Part shown: piece by piece, positions 31,972-42,731 of the stretch
How positions within the stretch are numbered: position 1 is the first letter of the stretch
Layout: every line of letters starts with the position of its first letter
Assembly (NCBI GenBank): GCA_051880175.1
Contig: JBJENM010000162.1
Coordinates: 17,071 to 81,070, forward strand
Origin: Agathobacter sp.
GTDB taxonomy: Bacteria > Bacillota > Clostridia > Lachnospirales > Lachnospiraceae
Length of the DNA stretch: 64,000 bases
Reading direction: 5' to 3'
The notes under the pieces: generated by a model
Databases searched by the model: none
What the model was told of the DNA's origin: nothing
Seen by the model: only the letters and a program-made list of their open reading frames with translations
Made by a program: the position numbers and the translations under genes

Positions 31972-33939
31972 CTATTGAATGGAAAGGATATCAATGTAGC
32001 ACTCTTCACAGGTAATGAAGAAATGACATTCCTCACTGCCAAGTAAGTTGCTTGTTACAGTAGAGGTACTTGTCAAAGTGTTACCCTCACGGTCAACGAT
32101 TGTTGCGTCAACGGTAATTACATTTCCATCACGGGAAATCTCTAAGGTAACGTCTGCAGCCTTCATAGCAGAAAGCCATGTAGCCCAGTCATCACCCCAG
32201 CTGGTCTCATATGCAAATTCTGCATCTCCCCATCCATAGGCATCTGCACGAAGCATTGCATACTCAACATGGCTGTCAGAGATCGTATTGGGATCTACTC
32301 CTGCCTCATTCTTCTCATTGATAAATCCGATGACATAGTTATCCCAGTTGTTTACTCCGTCAGAGTAATTCTTTAACTGTACGGTCTTTGTTGCGCCATC
32401 TGCAAGCTCAGTAGTCTCTGACCAATCAGTCCACCATGCATTTGTAAAATCAACACTACCAACGGATGCAATTGCATTCTCATCCGGAACAATTACGATT
32501 GCATCCTTGATAGACTTAATCTCTACATATGAAGCCTCGTTTGTAAATAAGAAGTAGCATGGATCAGACTCGGTAAGAGCGGTATGAAGGATTGCTGTTG
32601 CGGTATTGTCTGTTCCATTGTAATCTACGAAATTGTAGTTGATGGTAAGATCGCTTCCGGAACGGTTAATGGTCATGGTAACATCGGAATCAACCATTAC
32701 AGAGGTTCTCCAGGTATCCCAGTTACCCCAGCTCCAGCTGTACTCACATTCCGTATCATTGTCGATACCCCAACTGAAGAGGTCTGCACGGGTTACAGCC
32801 CACTCCACATGCTTATCGGTTGCTACAGAGTTCGGATCTACATGAGCATCAGACGGCTCATTGGTAAATACAGTTACGAAGTTATCCCATGCATTGATAC
32901 CATCGGAATAATTCTTTAAAACGATTTCTTTTGTCTCGCCATCCTTGATTTCGGTGGTTGCTGTCCAGTCTGACCAGAAAGGTGCTGTAAGGTCTGTTGT
33001 ACCAAGGGTATATAATGCATCCTCAGAAGCTACAACCTCTACCACACGCTCCGGTTCCTCGTATGCTACAGTAGGATCACCCATCTGATAAAGTGCAAGG
33101 GCCTGACCTGGGGTAAGAGCCTGATCAAAGATGTAAAGCTCATCAAAAGCTCCCTTAAATACGGCATCCCAGTAATTGATACCAACAAGGAAATCGAAGT
33201 TGTCTGACTGTGCCATACATCCGTTTACTACGTTGATTGGAATAACATTTCCGTCAGAATCCTTCTCTACAACCTCCTCACCATTTACATAGAGGTTCGC
33301 TACAAGCATTGTTCCATCTGTACTTACGTTGTTTGCATCAACAACAAGAGTGATGTTCATCCACTCCTTTAAGTGCTCATCTGCCCCGCTTGGAGCCCAT
33401 GCCGGCCATAATCCGTCATCTGCCTGATCGTAAGCCCAGATACATGGGAAAGCTGCTCCGTCCTGGTTCCACTCAGCTCTTGTAATATTTAAGTAATGCT
33501 GATTTCCGGTTGCATCACCGTGTACATCCGGTCCGAACTGTACGGTTGGCATATAGTTTGCAAATCTGGTTGCATAAATCCAGAAGGAAACGGTATAGGT
33601 GTCTCCAACACCATTGACATCTGTAAGCTTAATACCGTTTACACCATTTGTGTAAATAGCCTCTCCCTTTACACCCGGAATATAGGTTTTTGCATCATCT
33701 GTAGTCTGTACGATCGGAGTAGCGCTACTATCCTGAACAGCTACCTTAATGCTGTCATTGTCATCTGCTTCATCGAATGAGTAATAGTATACAGGGGTAG
33801 GAATTTCCTCTGCGGTTGCTGCCTCGGTACTTTCTACCGGTGTCTCTGTTGTTGCAGCTTCTTCTTTTTTGCCACAGCCTGCAAGTAAGGTTACAGCCAT
33901 CGCTGTGCAAAGAAGTACACTAACGATTTTTTTCTTCAT
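31972..33939 (-). CDS. Surface lipoprotein with LamG-like domain and two Trp-rich repeats
   Basis: Lipobox LAGC; YTVSFWI..FKGAFDELYIFDQAL; duplicated W..W..KNYSDG.N.WDN..RAD..WG module. Confidence 0.8.
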   Translation of the reverse strand: MKKKIVSVLLCTAMAVTLLAGCGKKEEAATTETPVESTEAATAEEIPTPVYYYSFDEADDNDSIKVAVQDSSATPIVQTTDDAKTYIPGVKGEAIYTNGVNGIKLTDVNGVGDTYTVSFWIYATRFANYMPTVQFGPDVHGDATGNQHYLNITRAEWNQDGAAFPCIWAYDQADDGLWPAWAPSGADEHLKEWMNITLVVDANNVSTDGTMLVANLYVNGEEVVEKDSDGNVIPINVVNGCMAQSDNFDFLVGINYWDAVFKGAFDELYIFDQALTPGQALALYQMGDPTVAYEEPERVVEVVASEDALYTLGTTDLTAPFWSDWTATTEIKDGETKEIVLKNYSDGINAWDNFVTVFTNEPSDAHVDPNSVATDKHVEWAVTRADLFSWGIDNDTECEYSWSWGNWDTWRTSVMVDSDVTMTINRSGSDLTINYNFVDYNGTDNTATAILHTALTESDPCYFLFTNEASYVEIKSIKDAIVIVPDENAIASVGSVDFTNAWWTDWSETTELADGATKTVQLKNYSDGVNNWDNYVIGFINEKNEAGVDPNTISDSHVEYAMLRADAYGWGDAEFAYETSWGDDWATWLSAMKAADVTLEISRDGNVITVDATIVDREGNTLTSTSTVTSNLLGSEECHFFITCEECYIDILSIQ

Positions 33940-34019
33940 AATATTCTCCTTCTCTCTTTCCCTCCGGTTCTCTGCCGGAGGGCTCTTTTTTATTTATACA
34001 GGTTCTTTCCTGTTGGTCA

Positions 34020-35531
34020 CTAATTTGCAAATGAATCTACAACTGCTTGATACTGCGCAAGCTCTTCATCCGAAAGTACATTGTAGCCACTTGGTCCAAA
34101 GTAAGAGATCATTGCTTCTGCGTGATAGTAGTTTGCCTGCTCGGTAGCCTCTGCTGCATAGTCTGCTGCCTTTGCCTTTCCCTGATCTACAAGATCATGG
34201 ATACCGATATTGTTGAAGTACTGATCGCAGAAGTTCCAGTATCCGGCGATGGAATACCAGCCGTATGGTACCGGTCTTACGATAGATGCAAAGTAATCAT
34301 CCCAGTACTGTGCATGCTCTTCATCTGTTGGGAACAATGCACGGTATCTTGCCCAGACACCCTCATCCAAAGTCATCGGAACAGGCATGTTGGAATTCTT
34401 AAGTGGAACTCCTGATGCATTGGTAATGCTCTCATCCTCGTAGATATCCATACGGGCATTCCATCCATCAACCCCCCATCCCATGAACTTAAGAAGTAAG
34501 TAAGCTTCATAAGGATGCTCACAGGAGGTAGATACTCCACCGAGGTACATATTTGCGATAATATTGTGTTCCTTCTCATCTACAACATTTGGTGTTACAT
34601 AAGGAACGATGTCAAGACCATAGGTATCCTGATATCCTTCGGTTCCCCAAAGATTCATATAGGACCAGAAGCCCTCTGAGAATACCGCAACGTGTCCGGA
34701 TGCACCAAACCATGTACTCCAGTCTCCGGACCAGTCTTCCATTTCCTGTGTATTCTGCTGAGGTGCTACATATCCGGCAAGCTTAAGATCGGAGAATTCC
34801 TGCTCACCGATTGCCCAGTAAGAAAGGTCAAAATCGGTTCCGTCAAATCCAAACTCACCCTTGATTGCACGCTCTGCAGAAGAACATGCAGCGATTCCAT
34901 AAAGGGAATCCAGACGATTGTAGTATCCAAGTCCGAAATACTTCATTCCGGAACGGTCATCTACGGTTGCATCCTTGATCAGCTGAATCATCTCTTCCCA
35001 GGTCCAGTCTGTACGTGGCATTTCCAGATTTAACTTTTTGATTACATTCCTGTCAATGAATACTGCACTTGGCTGGAACCAGGTAGGCATTGCAAAACGT
35101 CTGTCGGTATCAAACTTACCGATTCCGTATTCCTCAACCGTTGCCATTAAATTTGCTGTCTCCGGGTCATTCTCTACATATTCTGTAATATCTGCCCAGT
35201 ACATATTTGCAAGTGCTGTGTCGGAGTCTGTTCCGGAAAATACATCCGGGAAGGTTCCTGCAGCAGCTGCTGCGGACAAGTCTGTGGACATGTCGCTGAT
35301 TACTTTTGTCTCGACAGTAATATTTGGATACTTCTCCATAAATGCTTCTGCCAAGAGATTGATAGTTGTCTCATCCTCATAATGCCAATAGGTAAGGGTA
35401 ATCTCTTCTGTTGTAACCCCATCTGAAGATGTTGCTGCGCTACCCTTTGATCCACCTGATGAACTTCCGCATGCGGTAAGTCCAACCACCATTGTAGCTA
35501 CAAGCAAAGCTGAAATTATTTTCTTTTTCAT
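34020..35531 (-). CDS. Carbohydrate ABC solute-binding lipoprotein
   Basis: Lipobox LTAC; FMEKYPNITV, PDVF, WTWEEM motifs. Confidence 0.9.
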   Translation of the reverse strand: MKKKIISALLVATMVVGLTACGSSSGGSKGSAATSSDGVTTEEITLTYWHYEDETTINLLAEAFMEKYPNITVETKVISDMSTDLSAAAAAGTFPDVFSGTDSDTALANMYWADITEYVENDPETANLMATVEEYGIGKFDTDRRFAMPTWFQPSAVFIDRNVIKKLNLEMPRTDWTWEEMIQLIKDATVDDRSGMKYFGLGYYNRLDSLYGIAACSSAERAIKGEFGFDGTDFDLSYWAIGEQEFSDLKLAGYVAPQQNTQEMEDWSGDWSTWFGASGHVAVFSEGFWSYMNLWGTEGYQDTYGLDIVPYVTPNVVDEKEHNIIANMYLGGVSTSCEHPYEAYLLLKFMGWGVDGWNARMDIYEDESITNASGVPLKNSNMPVPMTLDEGVWARYRALFPTDEEHAQYWDDYFASIVRPVPYGWYSIAGYWNFCDQYFNNIGIHDLVDQGKAKAADYAAEATEQANYYHAEAMISYFGPSGYNVLSDEELAQYQAVVDSFAN

Positions 35532-35592
35532 ACGCTCCTCCTTATTCTGTATGAATATATATCCGTCCCAAAAGGGATTGGAAACAATGTGG

Positions 35593-36600
35593 TTATTCTC
35601 CTGTGATACCTGCTCTGTCGATACTCTCGACGAACTGCTTCTGTAACACAAGATACATGATTAAAAGCGGTAGGATGGACAATGAGGTTGCTGCCATTCG
35701 GACAGATTCATTTAAGCTCGTTGCCACATCTCCGGTCTGTGCCTTTGAAGTGAAGGCCATATCAAAGTTCTTAAGCTGTACCACCAGGTTGGTCCAGACG
35801 CTTGAGGTCGAAAGACCCTGAACATATAATTCCGTCAGATAAGATTCATTCCAATACCATACAAACGAGAACAATGCTACCGTTACGATTGCCGGTATTG
35901 CGGAAGGTACCGCAATTCGAAGGAAACAGGTAAAATGCCCTGCTCCGTCGATGGTTGCCGCCTCTGTCAATACTTTTGGTACCTGCTTAAAGAACTGATA
36001 GAAAATCAGTATAAAAATCGGAGCATTCAGCCCGTTTCCTAAAAGAGCAGGAATCACGAAGGTCCAAAGCGTACCAAGAATTCCCATCTTGTTGTACAGC
36101 ACATAGGTCGGAATCATGGTTACCTGACTCGGAAGGATATAAGAAAAAATGAGGATTCCCATCATAATTTTCTTACCCTTAAACTCATATCTTGCAAAAC
36201 CATATCCAATCATCATACAGATGAAGATATTGCATAGGGTAGGAACTCCTGCGATAACGATTCCCTTAAAGAAGGAAGCCAAGAAATCCATAGAACCTGC
36301 TGCATCGATATAGTTCTGTATATAGAGGGTACTCGGAAGCCATTTTACGGAGGTATCTAAAAGATCATCTCTGTTCATAAAGCTTGTGCTTACCATATAA
36401 AGCACCGGATACAGATATACAAATCCGATACAGATCAAAAGCAAGTAGATGACGATCTGTTGTCCCGCGCCCTGCTTTTCCCGCGTTCCAAAGATAAACT
36501 TGTGAAGCTTTTCCTTGGTAAGCATTTTCTTAATAGTCTCCTGAGCCGTCATAGGTCTTGTAGCTGCGCTTTTTGCGCGCACGCTCGAGCTTCTTGACAT
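35593..36600 (-). CDS. Carbohydrate ABC permease (MalG-like)
   Basis: EAATIDGA loop; start after RBS AAGGAGG. Confidence 0.9.
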   Translation of the reverse strand: MSRSSSVRAKSAATRPMTAQETIKKMLTKEKLHKFIFGTREKQGAGQQIVIYLLLICIGFVYLYPVLYMVSTSFMNRDDLLDTSVKWLPSTLYIQNYIDAAGSMDFLASFFKGIVIAGVPTLCNIFICMMIGYGFARYEFKGKKIMMGILIFSYILPSQVTMIPTYVLYNKMGILGTLWTFVIPALLGNGLNAPIFILIFYQFFKQVPKVLTEAATIDGAGHFTCFLRIAVPSAIPAIVTVALFSFVWYWNESYLTELYVQGLSTSSVWTNLVVQLKNFDMAFTSKAQTGDVATSLNESVRMAATSLSILPLLIMYLVLQKQFVESIDRAGITGE

Positions 36601-37579
36601 TTCGTATTCCCCTCCTTTCAATCTTCTTTGCAAGTCTTGCTTCTTTTTCCAATTCTTTCTTTCGTTTCTTTGCAATTCTGTCATAGGCATCCTTCTTTGA
36701 TCCTAACAGAAGGAAGAATAACAGAACAATCAGGGTGATCACTATGGCATACATCCATGCCATTGCGGATGCATATCCGTATCCCTTTTCCTTGGTTCCG
36801 GAGAACATTGCGGACTTAATCATGTTGATCAGTTCGTTCTGCTCGTTGCTGGAAAGGAAAATGACGGTATATATTGCATTCAAAAGAATCATTGGCTTAA
36901 TGGTCGGAAGTGTGATCTTCCAAAAGCACTCCCATGCAGATCCTCCATCGATTTTTGCTGCTTCATACATGGATGGATCTACCTTCTGCAGAGCAGACAG
37001 GAAAATCAGAATCTGAACTCCGGAATACCATAAAATCATGATCATGTTGGAGAAAAGCTCTCCGATGGAAGTAGCAACACTGTAGGGAAGGAATGCATCA
37101 AGGGCATTTACCACCGACTGGGTATTCATTGCCGGAATACTGGATGCACCTTCACTGACCAGCATGTTCATTACCGGTCCGCTTACGATGATGACCGGAA
37201 GGAAGAAGATCAATCTAAAAAATCCCTTCAGATGAATCTTACTGTTGAGCATCATTGCAATAATCAGTGCAAACACTGTAATAACAGGGACCTCAACAAT
37301 CGTCTGCCATATGTAGGTTACCAGTTGTTGCGGAAACTCCGGATTTTCCAGCCAGATCTGTGTAAAGTTTCCGGTTCCCACAAAATTGAAGTTCGTTCCA
37401 AGAGGTGTGATTCTGATATTGAACCACATGTAGTAAAAGGACTGTCCCAATGGAATAAGGAGAAACATCAGTACTCCCACAATCCAGGGTGCAACGAACA
37501 AGTAACCGTATCTGGCCTCTTTCTTTTCCAGCTTTCCAAGCTTCACTTTTGGTTGTTTCTGCTTTTTTTCTTTGCTCAT
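36530..37579 (-). CDS. Carbohydrate ABC permease (MalF-like)
   Basis: YEAAKIDG loop; GYASAMAW. Confidence 0.9.
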   Translation of the reverse strand: MSKEKKQKQPKVKLGKLEKKEARYGYLFVAPWIVGVLMFLLIPLGQSFYYMWFNIRITPLGTNFNFVGTGNFTQIWLENPEFPQQLVTYIWQTIVEVPVITVFALIIAMMLNSKIHLKGFFRLIFFLPVIIVSGPVMNMLVSEGASSIPAMNTQSVVNALDAFLPYSVATSIGELFSNMIMILWYSGVQILIFLSALQKVDPSMYEAAKIDGGSAWECFWKITLPTIKPMILLNAIYTVIFLSSNEQNELINMIKSAMFSGTKEKGYGYASAMAWMYAIVITLIVLLFFLLLGSKKDAYDRIAKKRKKELEKEARLAKKIERRGIRNVKKLERARKKRSYKTYDGSGDY

Positions 37580-37582
37580 CTT

Positions 37583-39766
37583 CTATCTTACCTCATAAGA
37601 CATGGAAGCAATGGTAACGCCATCCACGGTCTGATCTGCTGCACTATAGTTTACATATACCTTAACTCCGTTGTCATAGGTAACTACTGTCACACCATTC
37701 TCACCGATTTCATGGCTCTTAATAAAGCTGCCTGCCACTTTTTCATTCAATGCCTTTAATGCATTTGTGTACTCAATGATTTCATTCCTGTACACATTGT
37801 ACTGCGAGCTGTAGATATCGCAGGAATTTGTATAAATAAGCTCTGAGGATTCCTCCTGGGTGATGTAGAAGGAAGGATAGGTTCCTGTCTCTACCATTTT
37901 TAAGAAGAACTCCTGCTTATTTGCCTCGAAATTCACATATTCGGAATATACCGGCATCACACCCTTTAATACGATGGACAGAAACGGTACGCTCTCATCC
38001 TCAATCACATAGCTGGAGGTGTACAGCGGCATATCCAAAAAGCTGTCGGTATTGCCCCACAGATAAGCAAATGGCTGTTCCATGATCAGATTGCTCTTCT
38101 CATCCACTGCCTGTATTGCTGTCTGATAGCTGTTGGCACAATCGGATCTGCTGTAAGTGGTTCCGCTATAGGTGTAAGAAAACAGATTGCTTGTAATTCC
38201 CGCCAGAGCAAGATTGTCGATTCCCTGCTTTGTATAGCTTGTTGTAAACCTCGAAAGCAGATCCCCCGATCTTTGTGGTGTCAGATAATTGAAGGTTTCA
38301 TATACATCCATATAGGTTTCCTTCTCATATCTTCTCTTGTTAATTTTCTTTACCACATTGAAGGTCGCATTATTCTCATCCGGGTTAATGATCAGTGCAT
38401 CATTGTATAAGTAAAAATCAATTCCCTTTTCCTTCGAATCATTGATTAAGGAGGTCAGCTCCTTGGTGCCTCCGATTTTGCTGTCTGCCTGATACTTTGT
38501 AATCGGGACATTGTAAAGACCTCCCTTCTGCCAGCCTTTGTAAACAGAAAGAATATCATTTACATCGGAAGCAGCCAGATCTTCATAAATGGAACGAATG
38601 TCATCCACTGTTGTCATAACAACTGCCTTCGTTCCCAGCAAAAAGCTTTCACGCTCGGTTCCCAAAAAATCAATTCTGGTGTTGTACTCGTCTTCCTTAA
38701 TGGAAATGAACTCATTGGAAAGAAGGTAATCCCGGTATGCATTAGCCATTCCTGCGTAGCTTGCCTCGTCCCCGGATAAAAAGATATAACGAACCGATAA
38801 ATCCGAATGGGTCCGGTCCGACTCTACCAGATGCAGGGAACCGGAGGTTGAGTTGTTACTGGTGGGCTGTGTGTAAAGCTTGCGCTCTATGAATTTTGCA
38901 TAGGCACGATTGTAATCCACACTGACACCGTTGGGACAAGCCTCAATGGAAGCTCTCATTGCGCCATCCTCTACGATTGCCAGGTATGCAAGCTCATCTT
39001 CGGTATGTGCTATACCAAATACCGGTGCCATAACCTTTTCCGCATCCGTGATCATGTTGTATCTGTCCCACAGCAGGGACTCTACCACAGACTCATCAAA
39101 TCCCACATCTGAACCATAGATCATTGCAGAGTATCCGCTTGCAAAACGGCCTTCCTTATCATCCAGATAAATCAGTGCTCCGTTTCCGTCCGGAATCAGG
39201 ATATATCCCTCTTTTTCATCCAGATAGGAGGTTCCCATATACGGATACATCGCGATGGTTCCGATGTAATAGTTCTCATTTTTTTCTACGATGGACTCAT
39301 CCGGAATTCTGGCAACCAGCCCCTCATCGGTAAGGCTGACTTCAAGTGTCATTCCAAAGCCGTATTTATTCCAGAAAAGCTCTGCCGAAAAACCATTCTC
39401 TGTATAGGTAATGTTTTTTGTCACATCATCATTAATCAGATCTGCCTGCTTTGTATCATCACTTCCGTTAATAATGGTCACAACAACCGCAGACTTCATT
39501 GCACCAAGCCAGGTGTCGTTATTCTTGCCGTCATCGTAGCTTATGGAGGATTCCATATAGGCTCCGGTTGCATTGTCCTCAATGACCAGTGACAAGTCAT
39601 CCTCATTGACATACATGGTATATTTCGAGCCTACCACCAGACTCTTATGCCCATTGATCGTTCCCGCAGCCTTTACCGTTTCCGGATTCACCGGTGAAAC
39701 GAACAGGCCAAGTGTAAGTACAAATGCAATTCCCGCGCTTAGGATTTTTTTCATTTTAAGAGCCAA
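37583..39766 (-). CDS. Secreted DUF5696-like protein
   Basis: Signal peptide; GYILIPDGNGALI, PVFGI, GWQKGG, VTYDNG..VYVNY; position between two permease pairs. Confidence 0.7.
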   Translation of the reverse strand: MALKMKKILSAGIAFVLTLGLFVSPVNPETVKAAGTINGHKSLVVGSKYTMYVNEDDLSLVIEDNATGAYMESSISYDDGKNNDTWLGAMKSAVVVTIINGSDDTKQADLINDDVTKNITYTENGFSAELFWNKYGFGMTLEVSLTDEGLVARIPDESIVEKNENYYIGTIAMYPYMGTSYLDEKEGYILIPDGNGALIYLDDKEGRFASGYSAMIYGSDVGFDESVVESLLWDRYNMITDAEKVMAPVFGIAHTEDELAYLAIVEDGAMRASIEACPNGVSVDYNRAYAKFIERKLYTQPTSNNSTSGSLHLVESDRTHSDLSVRYIFLSGDEASYAGMANAYRDYLLSNEFISIKEDEYNTRIDFLGTERESFLLGTKAVVMTTVDDIRSIYEDLAASDVNDILSVYKGWQKGGLYNVPITKYQADSKIGGTKELTSLINDSKEKGIDFYLYNDALIINPDENNATFNVVKKINKRRYEKETYMDVYETFNYLTPQRSGDLLSRFTTSYTKQGIDNLALAGITSNLFSYTYSGTTYSRSDCANSYQTAIQAVDEKSNLIMEQPFAYLWGNTDSFLDMPLYTSSYVIEDESVPFLSIVLKGVMPVYSEYVNFEANKQEFFLKMVETGTYPSFYITQEESSELIYTNSCDIYSSQYNVYRNEIIEYTNALKALNEKVAGSFIKSHEIGENGVTVVTYDNGVKVYVNYSAADQTVDGVTIASMSYEVR

Positions 39767-41816
39767 TTCGATACACCACCTCTCCGGCTATTGACTGTAA
39801 GAAATCAAATACCTGTGACCAAAGCACATAGAAAATAAAGAGCAGTAAACATACAATCAGGATTGTAAATAAGGTAAGTCCGATAATCTTGATTGTCTCT
39901 TTTACCGTATAGTTGTTGATTTCCATGATAGAGATGAAAATCAGTACTGCAATCCATGCAATCATGAAAAGCTGCGCGAACTCAACAAAGAAAATCTCGT
40001 TGTTGGTTACAACATGTGAAAGTACGAAAATAATCGGAGTAATCACAATGTATGGTGCCATGCTGTAAATGAAGGAGCAGTAAATATGCTTCAGCTTTCC
40101 TTCTCCGTCATTGATGGTACACATCAGATAATTACAGCCTACGACAAGAACCAGAATCACAAGGATCAGTCCGATATCCTTGATGATATCATAGCTTCCT
40201 TCTCTTACGGTCTTGGTCAAAAATCCGCAGAAATACTTGTTGACCACATACCAGATCATGGTAATGACAAGAAGAATATTTGCGGAGAGGGCAGAAACAC
40301 GGCCCTCCTTCTTAATTCCATAGCATCCGTCAATGGGGTGTCTCATGAAATAGAACATGTAGCCTATCTGCTTCATGTATTTCTTATTTCCAATCTTTTT
40401 AAAGAACGCCCTTGGCCCATCAAGAATTTTCTTTTTCTTATCCAAAATCTTAATGATCTTCTTAGCGACAAACAGAAGAATCAGGATGATTGCGATAGCT
40501 GTTAGATTTTTCTTCAGCCATTCGTTACGAATCTCCCAATAGGAATCGGAATATCCGTCGTAATCCTTAGCAAGCTTTGCATACTTTACAGCCAGCTCAT
40601 AATTTCCTTCCTTGTAATAAGCCTTTCCCATTGCCATGTTCGCATAGTCGAAGAGGTTGTTCATCTCCAGTACCTTTGACAATGGCTCTTTACTCTCCTC
40701 ATATCTTCCCTTTGAAAAGAGATATAAGGCCTCATGAAGATAATTCGTAAACTCCGTTGGCTCGTATACCTGAATCTGGGCTTTATCGGAATCTAAGACA
40801 TAAATGCGGTCCTCTTTGCTAATCTGAATTGCTTCAACCTTTGTAGAAAGACCGATTCTCTGCTGTCCGTCATCACTTCCTCCGAATACAAAAAGCAGCT
40901 CTCCTTCTTTGTTGTACTCGTAGATATAACCCATCTGGGAAGCAACGAAGATGTTGTCATGATTTCCAACTGCAACCGCAGCCGGCACATCCTCGTATGC
41001 ATCGTTGTCGTCGATCATGTTCACGCCGGCAATATTTAACTTCTTTAAGGTCTCATTTTGCTCACCACGGGTTACGGTATAAAGAAGTCCCTTTTCATCA
41101 ATTGCCATATTATCCGGAGTTGCCGGAATATTACTCTGCATCTTTGCTCTCTGGGCATCGGTAAGGACTGCTCTCCAGATGATGGTCCAAAGATTTGCAT
41201 TGGTGGAGTTCGTCCCGAAATATCCTAAGAAGGTACCGTTATCTACAGGACTGATCTCCACGATTCCATTGGTGTTGGACTCACATACCACATACATGGT
41301 TCCGGATTCGTTTACCACAATCTTAATCGGTAAGAAATCCTGTGTCTCACCATACATGGCTGCGGTAGGTCTGCCGTACTCCTGAATCAGATTCCCTTGT
41401 GCGTCAAACACGAAGATTTTATTGGCGTCACGGTCTGCCACATAGCAGGTGTGGTTGGAGGTTACATAAATTCCTCTCGGATTGACAAGCGTTTCCTCCC
41501 CGAAGGTAAAAAGCAGATTTGCTTCCATATCAGAAACAACGACCCGCTTGTTTCCGCTGTCTAATATGTACATCATTCCATCATCGAGGATTGTAAAATC
41601 GGTAGGTGCCAAAAGTGCTTCCTCTCCGATTTTTGTAATGGTCTCATATGGAAGATATGCCGTTTGTGTCTCTGTTACAGAGCCATAGCCATCCACCGTG
41701 TAGGTCTTGTAAGGAGCATCCGCCTTAACCGGAGTAAGGATCAAGGATGTTACAATTCCTACGGCAAAAAGGAAGGCCAAAACTTTTATGAAAAGTGTGT
41801 TCTTACTTTTTCTCAC
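39756..41816 (-). CDS. NHL beta-propeller + TPR + Yip1-like membrane protein
   Basis: NHL repeats (MYILDSGNKRVV, CYVAD..ANKI, IYVLDS), TPR-like helices, MRHPIDG then five TM helices. Confidence 0.78.
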   Translation of the reverse strand: MRKSKNTLFIKVLAFLFAVGIVTSLILTPVKADAPYKTYTVDGYGSVTETQTAYLPYETITKIGEEALLAPTDFTILDDGMMYILDSGNKRVVVSDMEANLLFTFGEETLVNPRGIYVTSNHTCYVADRDANKIFVFDAQGNLIQEYGRPTAAMYGETQDFLPIKIVVNESGTMYVVCESNTNGIVEISPVDNGTFLGYFGTNSTNANLWTIIWRAVLTDAQRAKMQSNIPATPDNMAIDEKGLLYTVTRGEQNETLKKLNIAGVNMIDDNDAYEDVPAAVAVGNHDNIFVASQMGYIYEYNKEGELLFVFGGSDDGQQRIGLSTKVEAIQISKEDRIYVLDSDKAQIQVYEPTEFTNYLHEALYLFSKGRYEESKEPLSKVLEMNNLFDYANMAMGKAYYKEGNYELAVKYAKLAKDYDGYSDSYWEIRNEWLKKNLTAIAIILILLFVAKKIIKILDKKKKILDGPRAFFKKIGNKKYMKQIGYMFYFMRHPIDGCYGIKKEGRVSALSANILLVITMIWYVVNKYFCGFLTKTVREGSYDIIKDIGLILVILVLVVGCNYLMCTINDGEGKLKHIYCSFIYSMAPYIVITPIIFVLSHVVTNNEIFFVEFAQLFMIAWIAVLIFISIMEINNYTVKETIKIIGLTLFTILIVCLLLFIFYVLWSQVFDFLQSIAGEVVYRIGS

Positions 41817-41834
41817 TGTCTTACCCTCTCATTT

Positions 41835-42713
41835 CTACTTGATACCGGAATGTGCCATGGTATTCATTACGTTCTTCTGTAACAGACAGAAGAGAATCAG
41901 ATTCGGCAGAAACATAATCAGTGAAGCGGCTGCCGAAATACCCTGACCGGCTACTGTATTCGTTGTTGTGGTACTGGTCAATGTGCTCATATAAAAAGCA
42001 AGGGTTTTCAATGAATCATCATTAATATAGTAGTTCGATGTCTCAAGATTCGTCCAAACCTGCTGGAATACAAGAATCGCAGCGGTGGCTATCGCCGGCT
42101 TGATCATCGGAATAATGATCTTAAAATAAATGCGAAATTCCGAAGCGCCGTCCATATACGCAGCTTCAATCAATGAATCCGGCACTTGATCCACGAACTG
42201 CTTGATCAGGAAAAGTCCTACCGGAAGTGCAATAAGCGGAAGAATTTCAGCCCAGTAAGTATCAATCATATGCAGCTTTTCCACTACTAAGTATCTCGGA
42301 ATCATAACCGCACAGGATACAAACATAAGAGCGATCTGATTGATCTGCATCATCATATTTCTTCCCTTGAATTTCAGCTTTGACAACGCATAGGCTGCCA
42401 TGGTCGAAAAAAGAAGGGAACCGAACACTACGGCTGCCGTGATAAACAAACTGTTAAATACATATTTGCTTAACGGGATTCCCGCACTTCTTGAAGCCTT
42501 GAACAGCTTTCTGAAGTTGTCTAAGGTCGGATGCAGTGTGATGAATTTCGGCGGAAAGGCAAACAGCTCTTCCATTGGCTTAAATGCATGGAAAATGATA
42601 AAAATGATCGGAAGTCCACACAAAAGCAGCATTGGTAATACAGCAAGAAAAATCTTAATCTGACTTTTCTCAAACTTGCTTGGGTTCATTCTGTGACCCT
42701 TATATGCAGCCAT
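41835..42713 (-). CDS. Carbohydrate ABC permease (MalG-like)
   Basis: IEAAYMDGA loop. Confidence 0.9.
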   Translation of the reverse strand: MAAYKGHRMNPSKFEKSQIKIFLAVLPMLLLCGLPIIFIIFHAFKPMEELFAFPPKFITLHPTLDNFRKLFKASRSAGIPLSKYVFNSLFITAAVVFGSLLFSTMAAYALSKLKFKGRNMMMQINQIALMFVSCAVMIPRYLVVEKLHMIDTYWAEILPLIALPVGLFLIKQFVDQVPDSLIEAAYMDGASEFRIYFKIIIPMIKPAIATAAILVFQQVWTNLETSNYYINDDSLKTLAFYMSTLTSTTTTNTVAGQGISAAASLIMFLPNLILFCLLQKNVMNTMAHSGIK

Positions 42714-42731
42714 TTCTTTTTCCTCCCTTCA

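Noticed and set aside
33960-33990. Intra-operon hairpins (also ~31903-31935) as ncRNA genes
   Set aside because: Short single stems, more simply explained as mRNA stabiliser or partial terminator structures.
36530-36600. Identical 71-bp gene overlaps here and at 22842-22912
   Set aside because: The sequences are unrelated and each downstream gene has an ordinary RBS; the match is treated as coincidence.
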